DNA from: an uncultured Planctomycetota bacterium
GTDB lineage: Bacteria > Planctomycetota > Planctomycetia > Gemmatales > Gemmataceae
Assembly (NCBI GenBank): GCA_963849325.1
Contig: CAWKHF010000001.1
Coordinates: 352,001 to 416,000, forward strand
Length of the DNA: 64,000 nt
Direction: 5' to 3'
Below, piece by piece: positions 54,418 through 63,866 of this stretch (position 1 is the first letter of the stretch; every line of letters starts with the position of its first letter). The position numbers were made by a program, and so were the translations under genes. The notes beneath the pieces are model-generated. The model did no database searches. It worked only from the letters and a program-made list of their open reading frames with translations, and was not told the DNA's origin.

Positions 54418-55383
54418 TTACACCTTGATGTTGACGATCTTGCGGATCACCAGCGCCCCGAGGATCTGGGCGATGATGGCGGCGACGCTCATCTTCTTGC
54501 CCAGCTCGGTCGTCCACAGCGACTCGACGTAGTCCGGCTTGGCGTTGAGCATGAAGCCGAACAGGGCGAACGGCAGGGCGATCAGCACGACGCCGCTGAG
54601 CCGGCCCTCGCCGGTCAGCGCCTTGACCTGGCCGAGGATGCGGAAACGCTCGCGGACGACGTAGCCGATCTTGTCGAGGATCTCGGCCAGGTCGCCGCCG
54701 GTCTGCCGCTGGATGGCGACCGAGGTGACGAAGAAGCGCAGGTCCAGGTTGGGCACGCGCTCGCACATGGCTCGCATGGCCTCCTCGATGGGGATGCCCA
54801 GGTTCTGCTCCTCGAAGACGCGGCCGAACTCGTCGGCGATGGGCGACGGCATCTCCTCGGCGACGACGTGCATGCCGGCGCCGAGGCTGTGCCCGGCCCG
54901 CAGGCGCCGGGCCACCAGCTCCAGGGCGTCGGACAGCTGGGCGGCGAACTTCTTCAGGCGAGCGCGCCGCTTGTTCCACAGCCAGACCCACGGCAGGGCG
55001 AACATCAGCAGGCCGTTGAGCGGCGCGAAGTAGACCGGCACCTTGACCAGCACGGCTGGCCGTCGCCCCGACCAGCGGCCAGCAGCAGGCCGATGCCGAA
55101 CAGCGTGCTCGGCTTGATGTGGCAGTCGGCCTGCTCGAACAGCCTCTGTCGGCGCTGAGGAACTTCGGCGTAATCGCCTCCAGGAAGTTCTTCTTGTCGC
55201 CCTCGAAGGCGCGTCTTGCGCAGGATGTCCTGCGCCTGATCGTGCCTCGCGGCTGCGCTTGCCGACCAGCATGTCCAGCCGCGTCGCCGTCTGCGGCGCG
55301 TTGTCGCGGAACACGAAGGCCAGCAGGCCGACCAGGGCCGCCACCGCCATGAAGACCATCGCCGAGATCAGCACGGGTGTCAT
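54418..55383 (-). CDS. tadB: Tad pilus assembly protein TadB (frameshifts)
   Basis: QLSDALEL..LRAGHSL, EQNLG, IQRQTGGDLAEIL, VKALTGEGRLSG. Confidence 0.9.
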   Translation of the reverse strand: MTPVLISAMVFMAVAALVGLLAFVFRDNAPQTATRLDMLVGKRSREARSGAGHPAQDAPSRATRRTSWRRLRRSSSAPTEAVRAGRLPHQAEHAVRHRPAAGRWSGRRPAVLVKVPVYFAPLNGLLMFALPWVWLWNKRRARLKKFAAQLSDALELVARRLRAGHSLGAGMHVVAEEMPSPIADEFGRVFEEQNLGIPIEEAMRAMCERVPNLDLRFFVTSVAIQRQTGGDLAEILDKIGYVVRERFRILGQVKALTGEGRLSGVVLIALPFALFGFMLNAKPDYVESLWTTELGKKMSVAAIIAQILGALVIRKIVNIKV

Positions 55384-55388
55384 GTTTC

Positions 55389-55508
55389 AGTTCTCGAGTT
55401 CTGAGTTCTGAGTTCTGAGTTTCGAGACCGGGTTCGGAGCTGAGGACTGCGCGATAAACACGCGGTTTGTCTCTTTTACTCAGAACTCAGAACTCAGAAC
55501 TCAGAACT
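55389..55508. repeat. Inverted heptamer cassette (AGTTCTG)n / (CAGAACT)x4
   Basis: Between tadA and tadB. Confidence 0.9.
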
Positions 55509-55515
55509 TTGGATT

Positions 55516-56894
55516 TCAGTCGCGCAACAGCACGCGCTCCTGGAACAGGTTGCGACGGCAGCTTGATGCCGGCCGCCTCCAGGCGGCTGACGAAGGACGG
55601 CCGCACGCCGGTCGCCTCGAACTGGCCGTAGGCGCGGCCGTTCTGGTCGATGCCCAGCTGCTTGTAGCGGAAGACCTCCTGCATGATGATCATGTCCTGC
55701 TCCATGTTCATCACCTCGGTGATCGACGTCACCTTGCGCGGGCCGCCCTGCAGGCGGTTGGCCTGGATGATGAGGTCGACCGCCGAGGAGATCTGCTGCC
55801 GCATGGCCTTCATGGGCAGCTCCATGCCGGCCATCATGATCATCGTCTCCAGCCGGGCCTGGGCGTCGCGCGGCGTGTTGGCGTGCAGCGTGGTCATCGA
55901 GCCGTCGTGGCCGGTGTTCATGGCCTGGAGCATGTCCAGCGTCTCGCCGCCGCGGCACTCGCCGATGATGATGCGCTCCGGCCGCATACGCAGGGCGTTG
56001 CGCACCAGGTCGCGCGTCGTCGACCGCGCCCTTGCCCTCGATGTTCGGCGGCCGCGTCTCCAGGCGGACGACGTGGTCCTGCTGCAGCTGCAGCTCGGCC
56101 GCGTCCTCGATGGTGACGATGCGCTCGTCGTGCGGGATGAAGCTCGACAGCGTGTTGAGCAGCGTCGTCTTGCCGCAGCCGGTGCCGCCGCTGATGACGA
56201 TGTTCAGCCGGGCCTTGATGCACGCCTCCATGAGCATCGCCATCTCCGGCGTGAACGCCTTGTAGTTGAGCAGGTCTTCCAGCTTCAGCGGGTTGGCGCC
56301 GAAGCGGCGAATGCTCATCGACGGGCCGTCCAGGGCCAGCGGCGGGATGATGGCGTTGACGCGGCAGCCGTCCGGCAGGCGGGCGTCCACCATCGGCGAC
56401 GTCTCATCGACGCGCCGGCCGACCTTGGACACGATGCGGTCGATGATCTGCAGCAGGTGGTCGTTGTCGCGGAACTTGACGTCGGTCTTCTCCATCTTGC
56501 CGCGGCGCTCGACGTAGATCTTGTGCGGCCCGTTGATGAGGATGTCGCTGATGGTCGGGTCCTTGAGCAGCACCTCCAGCGGGCCGAAGCCGAACGTCTC
56601 GTCGAGCACCTCGTCGATGAGGCGTTCGCGCTCCATGCGGTTGAGCAGCGGGTTTTCGGTGTCGCACAGGCGCTCGACGACCAGGCGGATCTCGCGGCGG
56701 AGCGTGTCGCCTTCCAGGTCGCTGACGCGCGACAGGTCGAGCTTATCGACCAGCTTGCCGTGGATGAGGCGCTTGAGCTCCTCGAAGCTCTTGGTGCCCT
56801 GGCGGTCGCCGCCCATGCCGGACATCGAGCCGCCCAGCCGGCTGACGGTGCCGTTGTTGCTCAGCCCGCTCAGGCCGCGTTGCAAACGGGACAT
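55516..56894 (-). CDS. tadA: Tad pilus assembly ATPase CpaF/TadA (frameshifts near 56020 and 55555)
   Basis: [59 protein letters not shown]. Confidence 0.95.
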
Positions 56895-56924
56895 GATGCA
56901 TACTCTCCGCTGTCATTCAACTAT

Positions 56925-56986
56925 GGCGAGCGGGGGGCGTCAGCCCCCTGTTGCTTCGGAACAGGGGGCTGACGCCCCCGCTCGCC
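56925..56986. repeat. Palindromic repeat family B
   Basis: GGCGAGCGGGGGGCGTCAGCCCCCTGTT...AACAGGGGGCTGACGCCCCCGCTCGCC. Confidence 0.9.
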
Positions 56987-57000
56987 GGGAGTTTTGCCTC

Positions 57001-58203
57001 TCAGCGTCGCGAGAACAAGGCCCATCGACTGGCCTTGTCCTTGACGGCCGGTTGCAGCTGTTTGCCGGACAGGGCCTGGGCCAGGCCGGCGATAGCTCTG
57101 CTGCACCTTGCTCTTGGGCGCGTGCAGCAACAGCGGCACGCCGTGGTTGCGCGACTCGATCATCAGCTTGGCGTCGTTGGGCACCTGCCAGTAGATCGGC
57201 TTGCCGATGGTCTCCTCGGCCTTCTTCAGGGTGATGTCGTTGTCGCTGCCGACGCGGTTGAGGACGATCTTGCACCTTGTCGGCCAGGCTCTCGTCGGCC
57301 CCCAGGGTCAGCAACATGCGGACCACGTTGCGCAGGCTGGACAGCTCGAGCTGGGCGACCAGCAGGATCACGTCGGCCATGCGCAGGGCCGTCACGTCGG
57401 TCGGCGAGAAGCTCTTGCTCAGGTCGAGGACCAGGTGCGTATAGCTGGCCCGCAACAGGCCGATGACGCGCTGCAGGTGGTCCTCGCGGATCAGGCTGAC
57501 GTCTTCCATCTGCACCGGGTGCGGCAACAGCGACAGGCCGGAGGCGTGCTTGCTCAGCGAGCGCCGCAGGAAGTGCATGTCGAGGCGCTCGATGTTCAGG
57601 GCCACGTCGGCCAGGGTGTAGTCGGCCATCAGGTCGAGGGCGACGTCGGCGTCGCCCAGGGCCAGGTCGAGGTCGATGAGGGCGACGCTGTGCTCGGGTC
57701 CTGGGCCAGGGTGGCGCCGAGGTTGACGGCGAGGCTGGTGCAGCCGACGCCGCCGCGCGAGCCGAGGATGGCGACGACTTGCGACTCGGCCTCGAACCGG
57801 CGATTCGCTGCTGCCGCCTTCGCCGTTAGGCCGGCCGCGCTGCAGACGCTGCAGCGCCTTGAGCAAGTCTTCGAGCACGACCGGCACGGTCAGGAATTCG
57901 CGGGCGCCGTTGCGCAGCGCCTGCAAGATGGCCTGGCCGTCGCCGCGGGCGCTGATGGCCAGGATCGGCACTGCGGCGCCTCCGGCGTCAGCTGGGCGAT
58001 CAGGCAGCGCCTTGATCTGGTCGGAGTCCAGCGAGACGACGACCACGTCGGGGTTGGACTGCGCGATCACGTCGAGGAAGAACTCGTAGCGCGAGCACTC
58101 CGCCTCCAGCCAGACCGACTCCATGCCCAGCAGGACATTGCGCAGCTCCTCGCGGCGTGGAGTCGGAGGGATCGACGATCGCGATACGTTGCACGTCCCT
58201 CAT
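57001..58203 (-). CDS. cpaE: CpaE/TadZ (receiver-like + MinD-like domain; frameshifts)
   Basis: ILQALRNGAREFL, GSRGGVGCTSLAVNL, LIDLDLALGD, QLELSSLRN, PND. Confidence 0.88.
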
Positions 58204-58238
58204 GAGCACCACCGATTCTTGGTAACTATCTTCCATCT

Positions 58239-58301
58239 GGCGAGCGGGGGGCGTCAGCCCCCTGTTCCGAAGTAACAGGGGGCTGACGCCCCCCGCTCGC
58301 C
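58239..58301. repeat. Palindromic repeat family B
   Basis: Same arms as 56925. Confidence 0.9.
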
Positions 58302-58307
58302 GGGTTT

Positions 58308-60061
58308 TCACCGCGTTCCCGCCGTGGCGGACAGATCGTTCGTCGGAACCCAGCCGGATTCTTCTCGACCCAGCGCGGCCGGCCGCACCTGATTGTCGGT
58401 CCTGGTCTCGGCCGCCGCCGTCGCCGCCGGGGCCGGGGTAGCTGGCGCCGAGGTCGTCGGCGTCGGCGTCGAGGTCGCCGGCAGGGGCGCTGGGACCGAC
58501 ATCAAGCTCGCCGGCGGCTGCATCGTCGCGGCGGGTTCCGTCGGGCCGAAGCCGACCGGCAGCTCGCCGCTGGGGACACCACAGCCGCCGACGCCACAGT
58601 TGCCTCGGCCGGCACACGGGAACACCGCGGCCGACGGACTGCTCTTGTAGGGCGGCACATAGTGAAGTTTCTGCCATGCCTGGCGCGGTCCCCGCGGTGC
58701 CTCGATGATTCCTTCCAAGAATAGCTCAAAATCATCGGGCCGGCGCGTTTCCTCGCCCGGCAGCATTTTCGGCCGTTGATCGCACGATTCGGCATCGACC
58801 AGCCAGGGCGTGACGATGACCAGCACTTCCTGCTCGGTATCCTGGTACTGTGTGCTGCGGAAGAACGTGCCCAGGTAGGGCAGGTCGCCCAGGCACGGCA
58901 CCTTACTGGTGGTGGCCTGCGTCTCGTGCTGGATCAGGCCGCCGAGGACGAAGGTCTGGCCGGCCTCCAGCTCGACCGTCGTGTTGACGTAGGTGATCGT
59001 GCGGCCGGGGACGGACGAGCCGCCGACGTTGGCCAGGCCGGACGCCTGGTCCAGGTTGCTGACTTGCGGCGCAACTTCCAGGTGGATACGGCCGTTACCC
59101 AGGACGATGGGGATGAAGCTCAACATGGTGCCGAACGGCAAGAACTGCACGCCGGTGCCGCCGAAGCTGCCGGTCTGCGGGACGGCCTGCTGGCCGCCGA
59201 CGTTGAAGTAGGCGGGCCGGCCGCTCAGCGTCACCAGGCGCGGCTCGGCCAACAGCTTCGACATGCCGTTTTGCCGTAACGCCTCCAGGAAGTTCTGGAA
59301 GCCCCAGGCGTTGTGGACGATGCCCAGCAGCAGGTTGGTGGCCGAGTTGGGAGCGCCTGGATGTTGCCCAGCGAGGTGAACGTACCGCCCGTGCCGCCAA
59401 CCGCGCCCGGGTTGGTGGCCGCCCCACCGACGGTGCTGCCGGCGGCGAAGCCGCTGCCGCTGCCCAAAATGTTGAAGGTCAGGTTGCGCAGGTCGGAACG
59501 CGACACCTGGACGATGATGACGTCCAGCTGCACCTGCTGCACGCCGCCGACGCGCATGCCGTCGATGTACTTGAAGCCGACCGACTGCACCAGGCCGCGG
59601 ATGATGGCCACGTCCTCGGCTCGCGGGACCGTGCCGGTCAAGATGACCGTATTGTTCGAGGTCGGAATGGCCATGATGTGGGCCGTCGGCACGGCACGCT
59701 GCAGCTGCGTGCGCAAGTATTCGATGTCCGCCTGCACGATCACCTCGTAGGTCTCCTTGCTGCCGTCGTCGCCCTCCAGCTCGAGGCGCGTGACGTCCGG
59801 CTGCTGGCCGATGACCATAATCGTCGTCGGGTCGCCCACGATGGTACGGATGTTGATGGCGTTTTCTTTGGGATTGGTGACGGTACGAATCTTCTGCTTG
59901 TGGGACATCTGCAGCTTGACCGTGCCGTTGATGGGGACGATCAAGGCGCTGGGCTTGGGCGAAGGCTCCTGCGCGGCGGCGGGTCGGGGCCCGCCTGGGA
60001 CAATCAGGGCGACAATCATGCCCGCCAACAGGAGCGGGGGCCTGCCGATAGAGCGGTGCAT
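58308..60061 (-). CDS. cpaC: Tad secretin CpaC/RcpA (frameshift near 59355)
   Basis: QQVQLDV..VSRS, LLAEPRLVTLSG, FG..LSFIP, LEVAPQVSNLD, TTVELEAGQTFVLGGLI, VIVTPWLV. Confidence 0.9.
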
Positions 60062-60120
60062 CCATTCACCTCGTCAGTAAGAGCGGGCGGGAGTCAGCCA
60101 CCCGTCAGGGTCCGTACTGT

Positions 60121-60185
60121 TCGTTTAGCCGCGACGCGCAGCGGAGCGCGGCCGCCGCGCTCCGCTGCGCGTCGCGGCTAAACGA
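60121..60185. repeat. Palindromic repeat family C
   Basis: TCGTTTAGCCGCGACGCGCAGCGGAGCGCGG...CCGCGCTCCGCTGCGCGTCGCGGCTAAACGA. Confidence 0.9.
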
Positions 60186-60210
60186 GGGTTTCGACAGCGC
60201 AAACTGCCTA

Positions 60211-61305
60211 TCATTTGCCGTGCCCGCCGCGGGCGCCATTTCGAGCGGGGCCGGCAGGGGGAGCGATCGGGTCGTCGGGCGAAAGGACCGGCCCGGCGAG
60301 CCGGCGCGGCGGGGCATCTTCCCCGTTGCGGTCCAGGCCGCCGTTGGTCCACACCTTCTCCGTGGGATCCAACGTGAAAACGGCCTTCTGCACGTATTCG
60401 CCGTTGATGACGGTCATGGTGTGCGTCTTGGGCGGCGCCGGCGCTTCCGGCTCCACCTCGGGCGTCTTCTGCACCACCGGCGTCGGAGCGGTCTGCGGCG
60501 GGGGCGGCGGTGGGGCCGGCGGCAGCGGCGGCAGCGGCGGCACCGGCGGAGCGCTCGCCGTCTGCTGCCCATCATCATCGTCCTTGTTGCGGTTCTCGTG
60601 CATCGGCCGGCCGAGGTCGTCCCACTTCGAGCCGGGCAGGCGGACGATGCGCGTATCGTCGGGCGTCCGCAGCGTCAGCCGCAGCTCGCCCATCGACGCC
60701 GCCAGCGACAACCGCTGCGCCTCCTCCGGCGTGGCGGCCAGCGTCACGGTGCTGCCGAGCATGGACGTCGTTTGCGTATCGCGGGTCGAGTTGGTGTCCA
60801 CGGCCAGCACCAGCATGTTTTGCATGATGATCTTGGCCACCGACTCGTTGGCCCCGCCGCGCAGCGTGGACACCACGTCCACGCGCGAACCGGGCAGGAT
60901 GAATCCGCCGGCCAACGCCTCGGCGTTGACCTTCAGGGCGATGGCCCGCAGTCCCGAGGGCAGCTTGGCCAGCAGACCGACCTGTTCGGCGTTGACCAGC
61001 TTATCCGCCAGCACGTACTCGCCCTCGGTCAGCGCCTGGCTCAGCCGCTGGTTCTCCACTTCCTTCAGCTCCTTCAGCGCCTTCTTGGGCACCGCGCTCT
61101 CGGCGACGTCCTTTTCCTCGAAGTATTTCGCCGGGTCTTTGATCAGCACCCAGGCCGGCACTTTGCCCTTGGCCACCAGGATCTTGATCTTCGGCTCCTC
61201 GACCGTCGTGGTCGAGCGATCGGCCAGCAGGCGGCTGGTCATGTAGCTGGCCGCCAGGCCGCAGCCGACGGCCACGACCATCAGCATCATCGTCTTCGGT
61301 TTCAT
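60211..61305 (-). CDS. cpaB: Flp pilus assembly protein CpaB/RcpC
   Basis: N-terminal TM, SAF-like region, GLRAIALKV..GFILPGSRVDVV, QNMLVLAVD, TVTLAATPEEAQRL. Confidence 0.92.
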   Translation of the reverse strand: MKPKTMMLMVVAVGCGLAASYMTSRLLADRSTTTVEEPKIKILVAKGKVPAWVLIKDPAKYFEEKDVAESAVPKKALKELKEVENQRLSQALTEGEYVLADKLVNAEQVGLLAKLPSGLRAIALKVNAEALAGGFILPGSRVDVVSTLRGGANESVAKIIMQNMLVLAVDTNSTRDTQTTSMLGSTVTLAATPEEAQRLSLAASMGELRLTLRTPDDTRIVRLPGSKWDDLGRPMHENRNKDDDDGQQTASAPPVPPLPPLPPAPPPPPPQTAPTPVVQKTPEVEPEAPAPPKTHTMTVINGEYVQKAVFTLDPTEKVWTNGGLDRNGEDAPPRRLAGPVLSPDDPIAPPAGPARNGARGGHGK

Positions 61306-61324
61306 GGTGCATACCTCAAGGTCA

Positions 61325-61409
61325 GAGTTCCAAGTTCGGAGTTCTGAATTCTGAGTGAAAGCAGGGCAGACCTTCTTCACTCCGAACTCAGAACTCCGAA
61401 CTCCGAACT
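61325..61409. repeat. Inverted heptamer cassette (degenerate AGTTCKG / CMGAACT)
   Basis: AGAGTTCCAAGTTCGGAGTTCTGAATTCTGAGTGAA...TTCACTCCGAACTCAGAACTCCGAACTCCGAACT. Confidence 0.85.
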
Positions 61410-61511
61410 ACCGTTTCATTCGACCGCCCGTGACGCGGAACTTCAACTTTATCGCTTGTAGCAAGCCTTCCGAGTTTGCCCAGGGAATCGGTTTGCCCGA
61501 CTCCCGCAGTT

Positions 61512-62120
61512 TCACCCTAGGCACCGTGCAGGTAAATCAGGTAACTGACGAAGCCCAGACACAAGCGGGATCCCGTAGGGCAGCAAGTGCATGCGCGGCT
61601 TGCGCTGGGCGGCCTTGTCCGCCGCCTTGCCCACACCCGAGCCGAGCAGATCGCGGAGGATCTCCGCCGAGTTGGCCATGTTGGTCTTCAGCTGACCGCG
61701 AAGGGCGATCATGCCCAGGGCCAGGACGCCGCCGATGAGGGCCGCCAGACAGAAGGCGGAAACCAGGATCCATCCGGCGCCGGGATGGATCTCGGTGGCC
61801 CGCATGCCATAGAAGGAGCCGACCCAGGCGCCGAAGCCCATCTGCATCTTGACGTCGCCGGCGCCCATGCCGCCGATGGCGTACAGCGGAAACAGCAACA
61901 GAAAGCCCAGGCCGGTGGCGAGCAGACTGGCGCCGAAGCCGCCGGAGCCGGTGGACTCCAGCCAGCCGCAGCTGTGCAGCGCTCCCAAGGCCCAGCCGCT
62001 CAGGATCAGCGGAAACGTCAGCCAGTTGGGCACCTTCAGTTTCCAGCCGTCGATGACGGCCGCCACGATCATCGCCGCGCACACGAACGCCAGCGGCCAA
62101 TTGTTGAGAATGAAGTGCAT
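61512..62120 (-). CDS. cpaA: A24 prepilin peptidase CpaA/TadV
   Basis: AVIDGWKLKVPNWLT, GGMGAGDVK, LPYGIP. Confidence 0.92.
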   Translation of the reverse strand: MHFILNNWPLAFVCAAMIVAAVIDGWKLKVPNWLTFPLILSGWALGALHSCGWLESTGSGGFGASLLATGLGFLLLFPLYAIGGMGAGDVKMQMGFGAWVGSFYGMRATEIHPGAGWILVSAFCLAALIGGVLALGMIALRGQLKTNMANSAEILRDLLGSGVGKAADKAAQRKPRMHLLPYGIPLVSGLRQLPDLPARCLG

Positions 62121-62254
62121 GAGACGGCATCCTCTCAGACGAGTGTCACCCGATCGTCAGGGAACGCGGCAAGCCGCGGCACCGTCGGGCGCCGCGGCTC
62201 ACCGTTCGCCGCCGGTCGAACCCGGCCCGGCGTTCCACTCCAGCCCTCGACCGT

Positions 62255-62440
62255 TCAGCTGCTGGTCTTGCCGACCTGCGTGCTGACGTAGCTGAAGGTG
62301 TTGTTGGCGTTGCTGCCCAGCGTGGTGATGGCGGTGATGCACACCACGATAATCAGGGCCAGCATGACGGCGTACTCGACCGCGGTCGGGCCGTCTTCGT
62401 TCTTGACAAAGTTCACCAGGCCGTTGGCAAACTTACGCAC
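62255..62440 (-). CDS. flp: Flp type IVb pilin, copy 4 in transcription order
   Basis: NEDG^PTAVEYAVMLALIIVVCITAITTLG. Confidence 0.95.
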   Translation of the reverse strand: MRKFANGLVNFVKNEDGPTAVEYAVMLALIIVVCITAITTLGSNANNTFSYVSTQVGKTSS

Positions 62441-62497
62441 GAGTCTCTCCTTTGTGGATGAAAGCTAAACCCCGTAGGTCCCGTCCCCCCAAAACGC

Positions 62498-62683
62498 TCA
62501 GCTGCTGGTCTTGCCGACCTGCGTGCTGACATAGCTGAAAGTGTTGTTGGCGTTGCTGCCCAGCGTGGTGATGGCGGTGATGCACACCACGATAATCAGG
62601 GCCAGCATGACGGCGTACTCGACCGCGGTCGGGCCGTCTTCGTTCTTGACAAAGTTCATCAGGCCGTTGGCAAACTTACGCAT
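62498..62683 (-). CDS. flp: Flp type IVb pilin, copy 3
   Basis: Mature part identical to copy 4. Confidence 0.95.
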   Translation of the reverse strand: MRKFANGLMNFVKNEDGPTAVEYAVMLALIIVVCITAITTLGSNANNTFSYVSTQVGKTSS

Positions 62684-62741
62684 GTGTCTCCCCTTTGGTG
62701 GATGAAAGTTAAACTTGGGCGAAGCCCGTCCCCCGAAACGC

Positions 62742-62927
62742 TCAGCTGCTGGTCGCGCCGACCTGCGTGCTGACATAGCTGAAAGTGTTGTTGGCGTTGC
62801 TGCCCAGCGTGGTGATGGCGGTGATGCACACCACGATAATCAGGGCCAGCATGACGGCATACTCGACCGCCGTCGGGCCGTCCTCGTTCTGCAAGAAACT
62901 CACCAGACCGTTCGCAAACTTACGCAT
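62742..62927 (-). CDS. flp: Flp type IVb pilin, copy 2
   Basis: Mature part differs by one residue (VGATSS). Confidence 0.95.
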   Translation of the reverse strand: MRKFANGLVSFLQNEDGPTAVEYAVMLALIIVVCITAITTLGSNANNTFSYVSTQVGATSS

Positions 62928-63024
62928 GGGTCTCGACTTCCTCACAAGAAACCACAGACGAATTGAACGGACGGGAGACCGGATACCGCATCCGGTTGAG
63001 TGCATCCTTCCCCGAATGGGTTGC

Positions 63025-63216
63025 TCAGGAACTCTTGGCGCCGGCAGCGGCGTTGAGGGCGACGTTGCTGAACGTGCCGTTGGCGTTGCTGCCCAGCGTG
63101 GTGATGGCCGTGATGCATACCACGATGATCAGGGCCAGCATGACGGCGTACTCGACCGCCGTCGGGCCGTCCTCGTCGCGCAGGAATTGTTTCGTCCTGG
63201 CGATCCACTTGTTCAT
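63025..63216 (-). CDS. flp: Flp type IVb pilin, copy 1 (divergent C-terminus)
   Basis: DEDG^PTAVEY...NANGTFSNVALNAAAGAKSS. Confidence 0.95.
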   Translation of the reverse strand: MNKWIARTKQFLRDEDGPTAVEYAVMLALIIVVCITAITTLGSNANGTFSNVALNAAAGAKSS

Positions 63217-63376
63217 AAACCTGTCCCCTTTCCCTGTTCGCGGAACACGGAGCCGGCCCGTGGCCCGGACGTGAGCCGCCGGCCTCTTCGTCTTCTCGCG
63301 CATGAGGAGGATCGAGCACCGAGAAATCGGCGGAACGAATGTCTGGGGCCGTCCGTTCCGGATTGGTGTGCGACGT

Positions 63377-63467
63377 CCTCATCCCTTCGGGAGCCTGGCG
63401 ACCCGCGAGGGGCCCATGGCTTTGCGTCCCCGCCTCGCGACGGGTTTGCCGGTATCGAGGATGAAGA
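63377..63467 (-). ncRNA. Cyclic di-GMP-I (GEMM) riboswitch upstream of the flp/tad operon
   Basis: Minus strand CTTCATCCTCGATACCGGCAAACCCGTC-GCGA-GGCGGGGACGCAAAGCCATGGGCCCC...GCCAGGCTCCCGAAGGGATGAGG. Confidence 0.92.
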
Positions 63468-63549
63468 GGCGATTACCGAGGATTGTCCACCGCGGCTGGG
63501 ATCGTCGCCGACCCTCGCCGCGGGCATCCGCCGAACCGCTCGTGACAAA

Positions 63550-63578
63550 AAAGTAGATCGCACCAGGGCCATAGTCAA
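63550..63578 (-). promoter_or_regulatory. Sigma70-type promoter for the riboswitch-flp-tad transcript
   Basis: Minus strand TTGACT (63578-63573), 17 nt, TACTTT (63555-63550). Confidence 0.55.
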
Positions 63579-63655
63579 ATGGTTGTGCCAAAATTCTCGA
63601 TTTTTCCGCAGAATTCTTGCCTCGGCAACGGCCGGCCCGCCGCGCCCTCAATCCG

Positions 63656-63765
63656 TCCCCCTCTCCCCCGTACTCGGGAGAGAGGGGTTGGGGGTGAGGG
63701 GGTGCCGGGCGATGACTCTCCCCCTCACCCCCAACCCCTCTCTCCCGAGTACGGGGGAGAGGGGA
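63656..63765. repeat. Long palindrome (CCCCTCACCCCCAACCCCTCTC family)
   Basis: CCCCTCTCCCCCGTACTCGGGAGAGAGGGGTTGGGGGTGAGGGG ... CCCCTCACCCCCAACCCCTCTCTCCCGAGTACGGGGGAGAGGGG. Confidence 0.88.
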
Positions 63766-63866
63766 GACTCGCGCGCCCATCCACGGCCGTGAGTTATGCT
63801 CCCGACAGGGAGCGTCCGTGTCCGCCGACCCTGGAGTGCAATATGTCCCTGGTGTATCCGCAAACG

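Noticed and set aside
52375-61409. Heptamer cassettes or palindrome families as a CRISPR array
   Set aside because: They are dispersed inverted repeats separated by whole genes, there is no regular repeat-spacer array, and no cas genes are present.
62255-63216. Pilin repeats as DGR template/variable regions or silent antigenic-variation cassettes
   Set aside because: There is no reverse transcriptase or recombinase, no adenine-specific variation, and every copy has an intact start and leader.
63574-63592. TGGCAC on the minus strand upstream of the tad riboswitch as a sigma54 promoter
   Set aside because: The -12 element reads TTTGA instead of TTGC at the required spacing; a sigma70-like match fits better.
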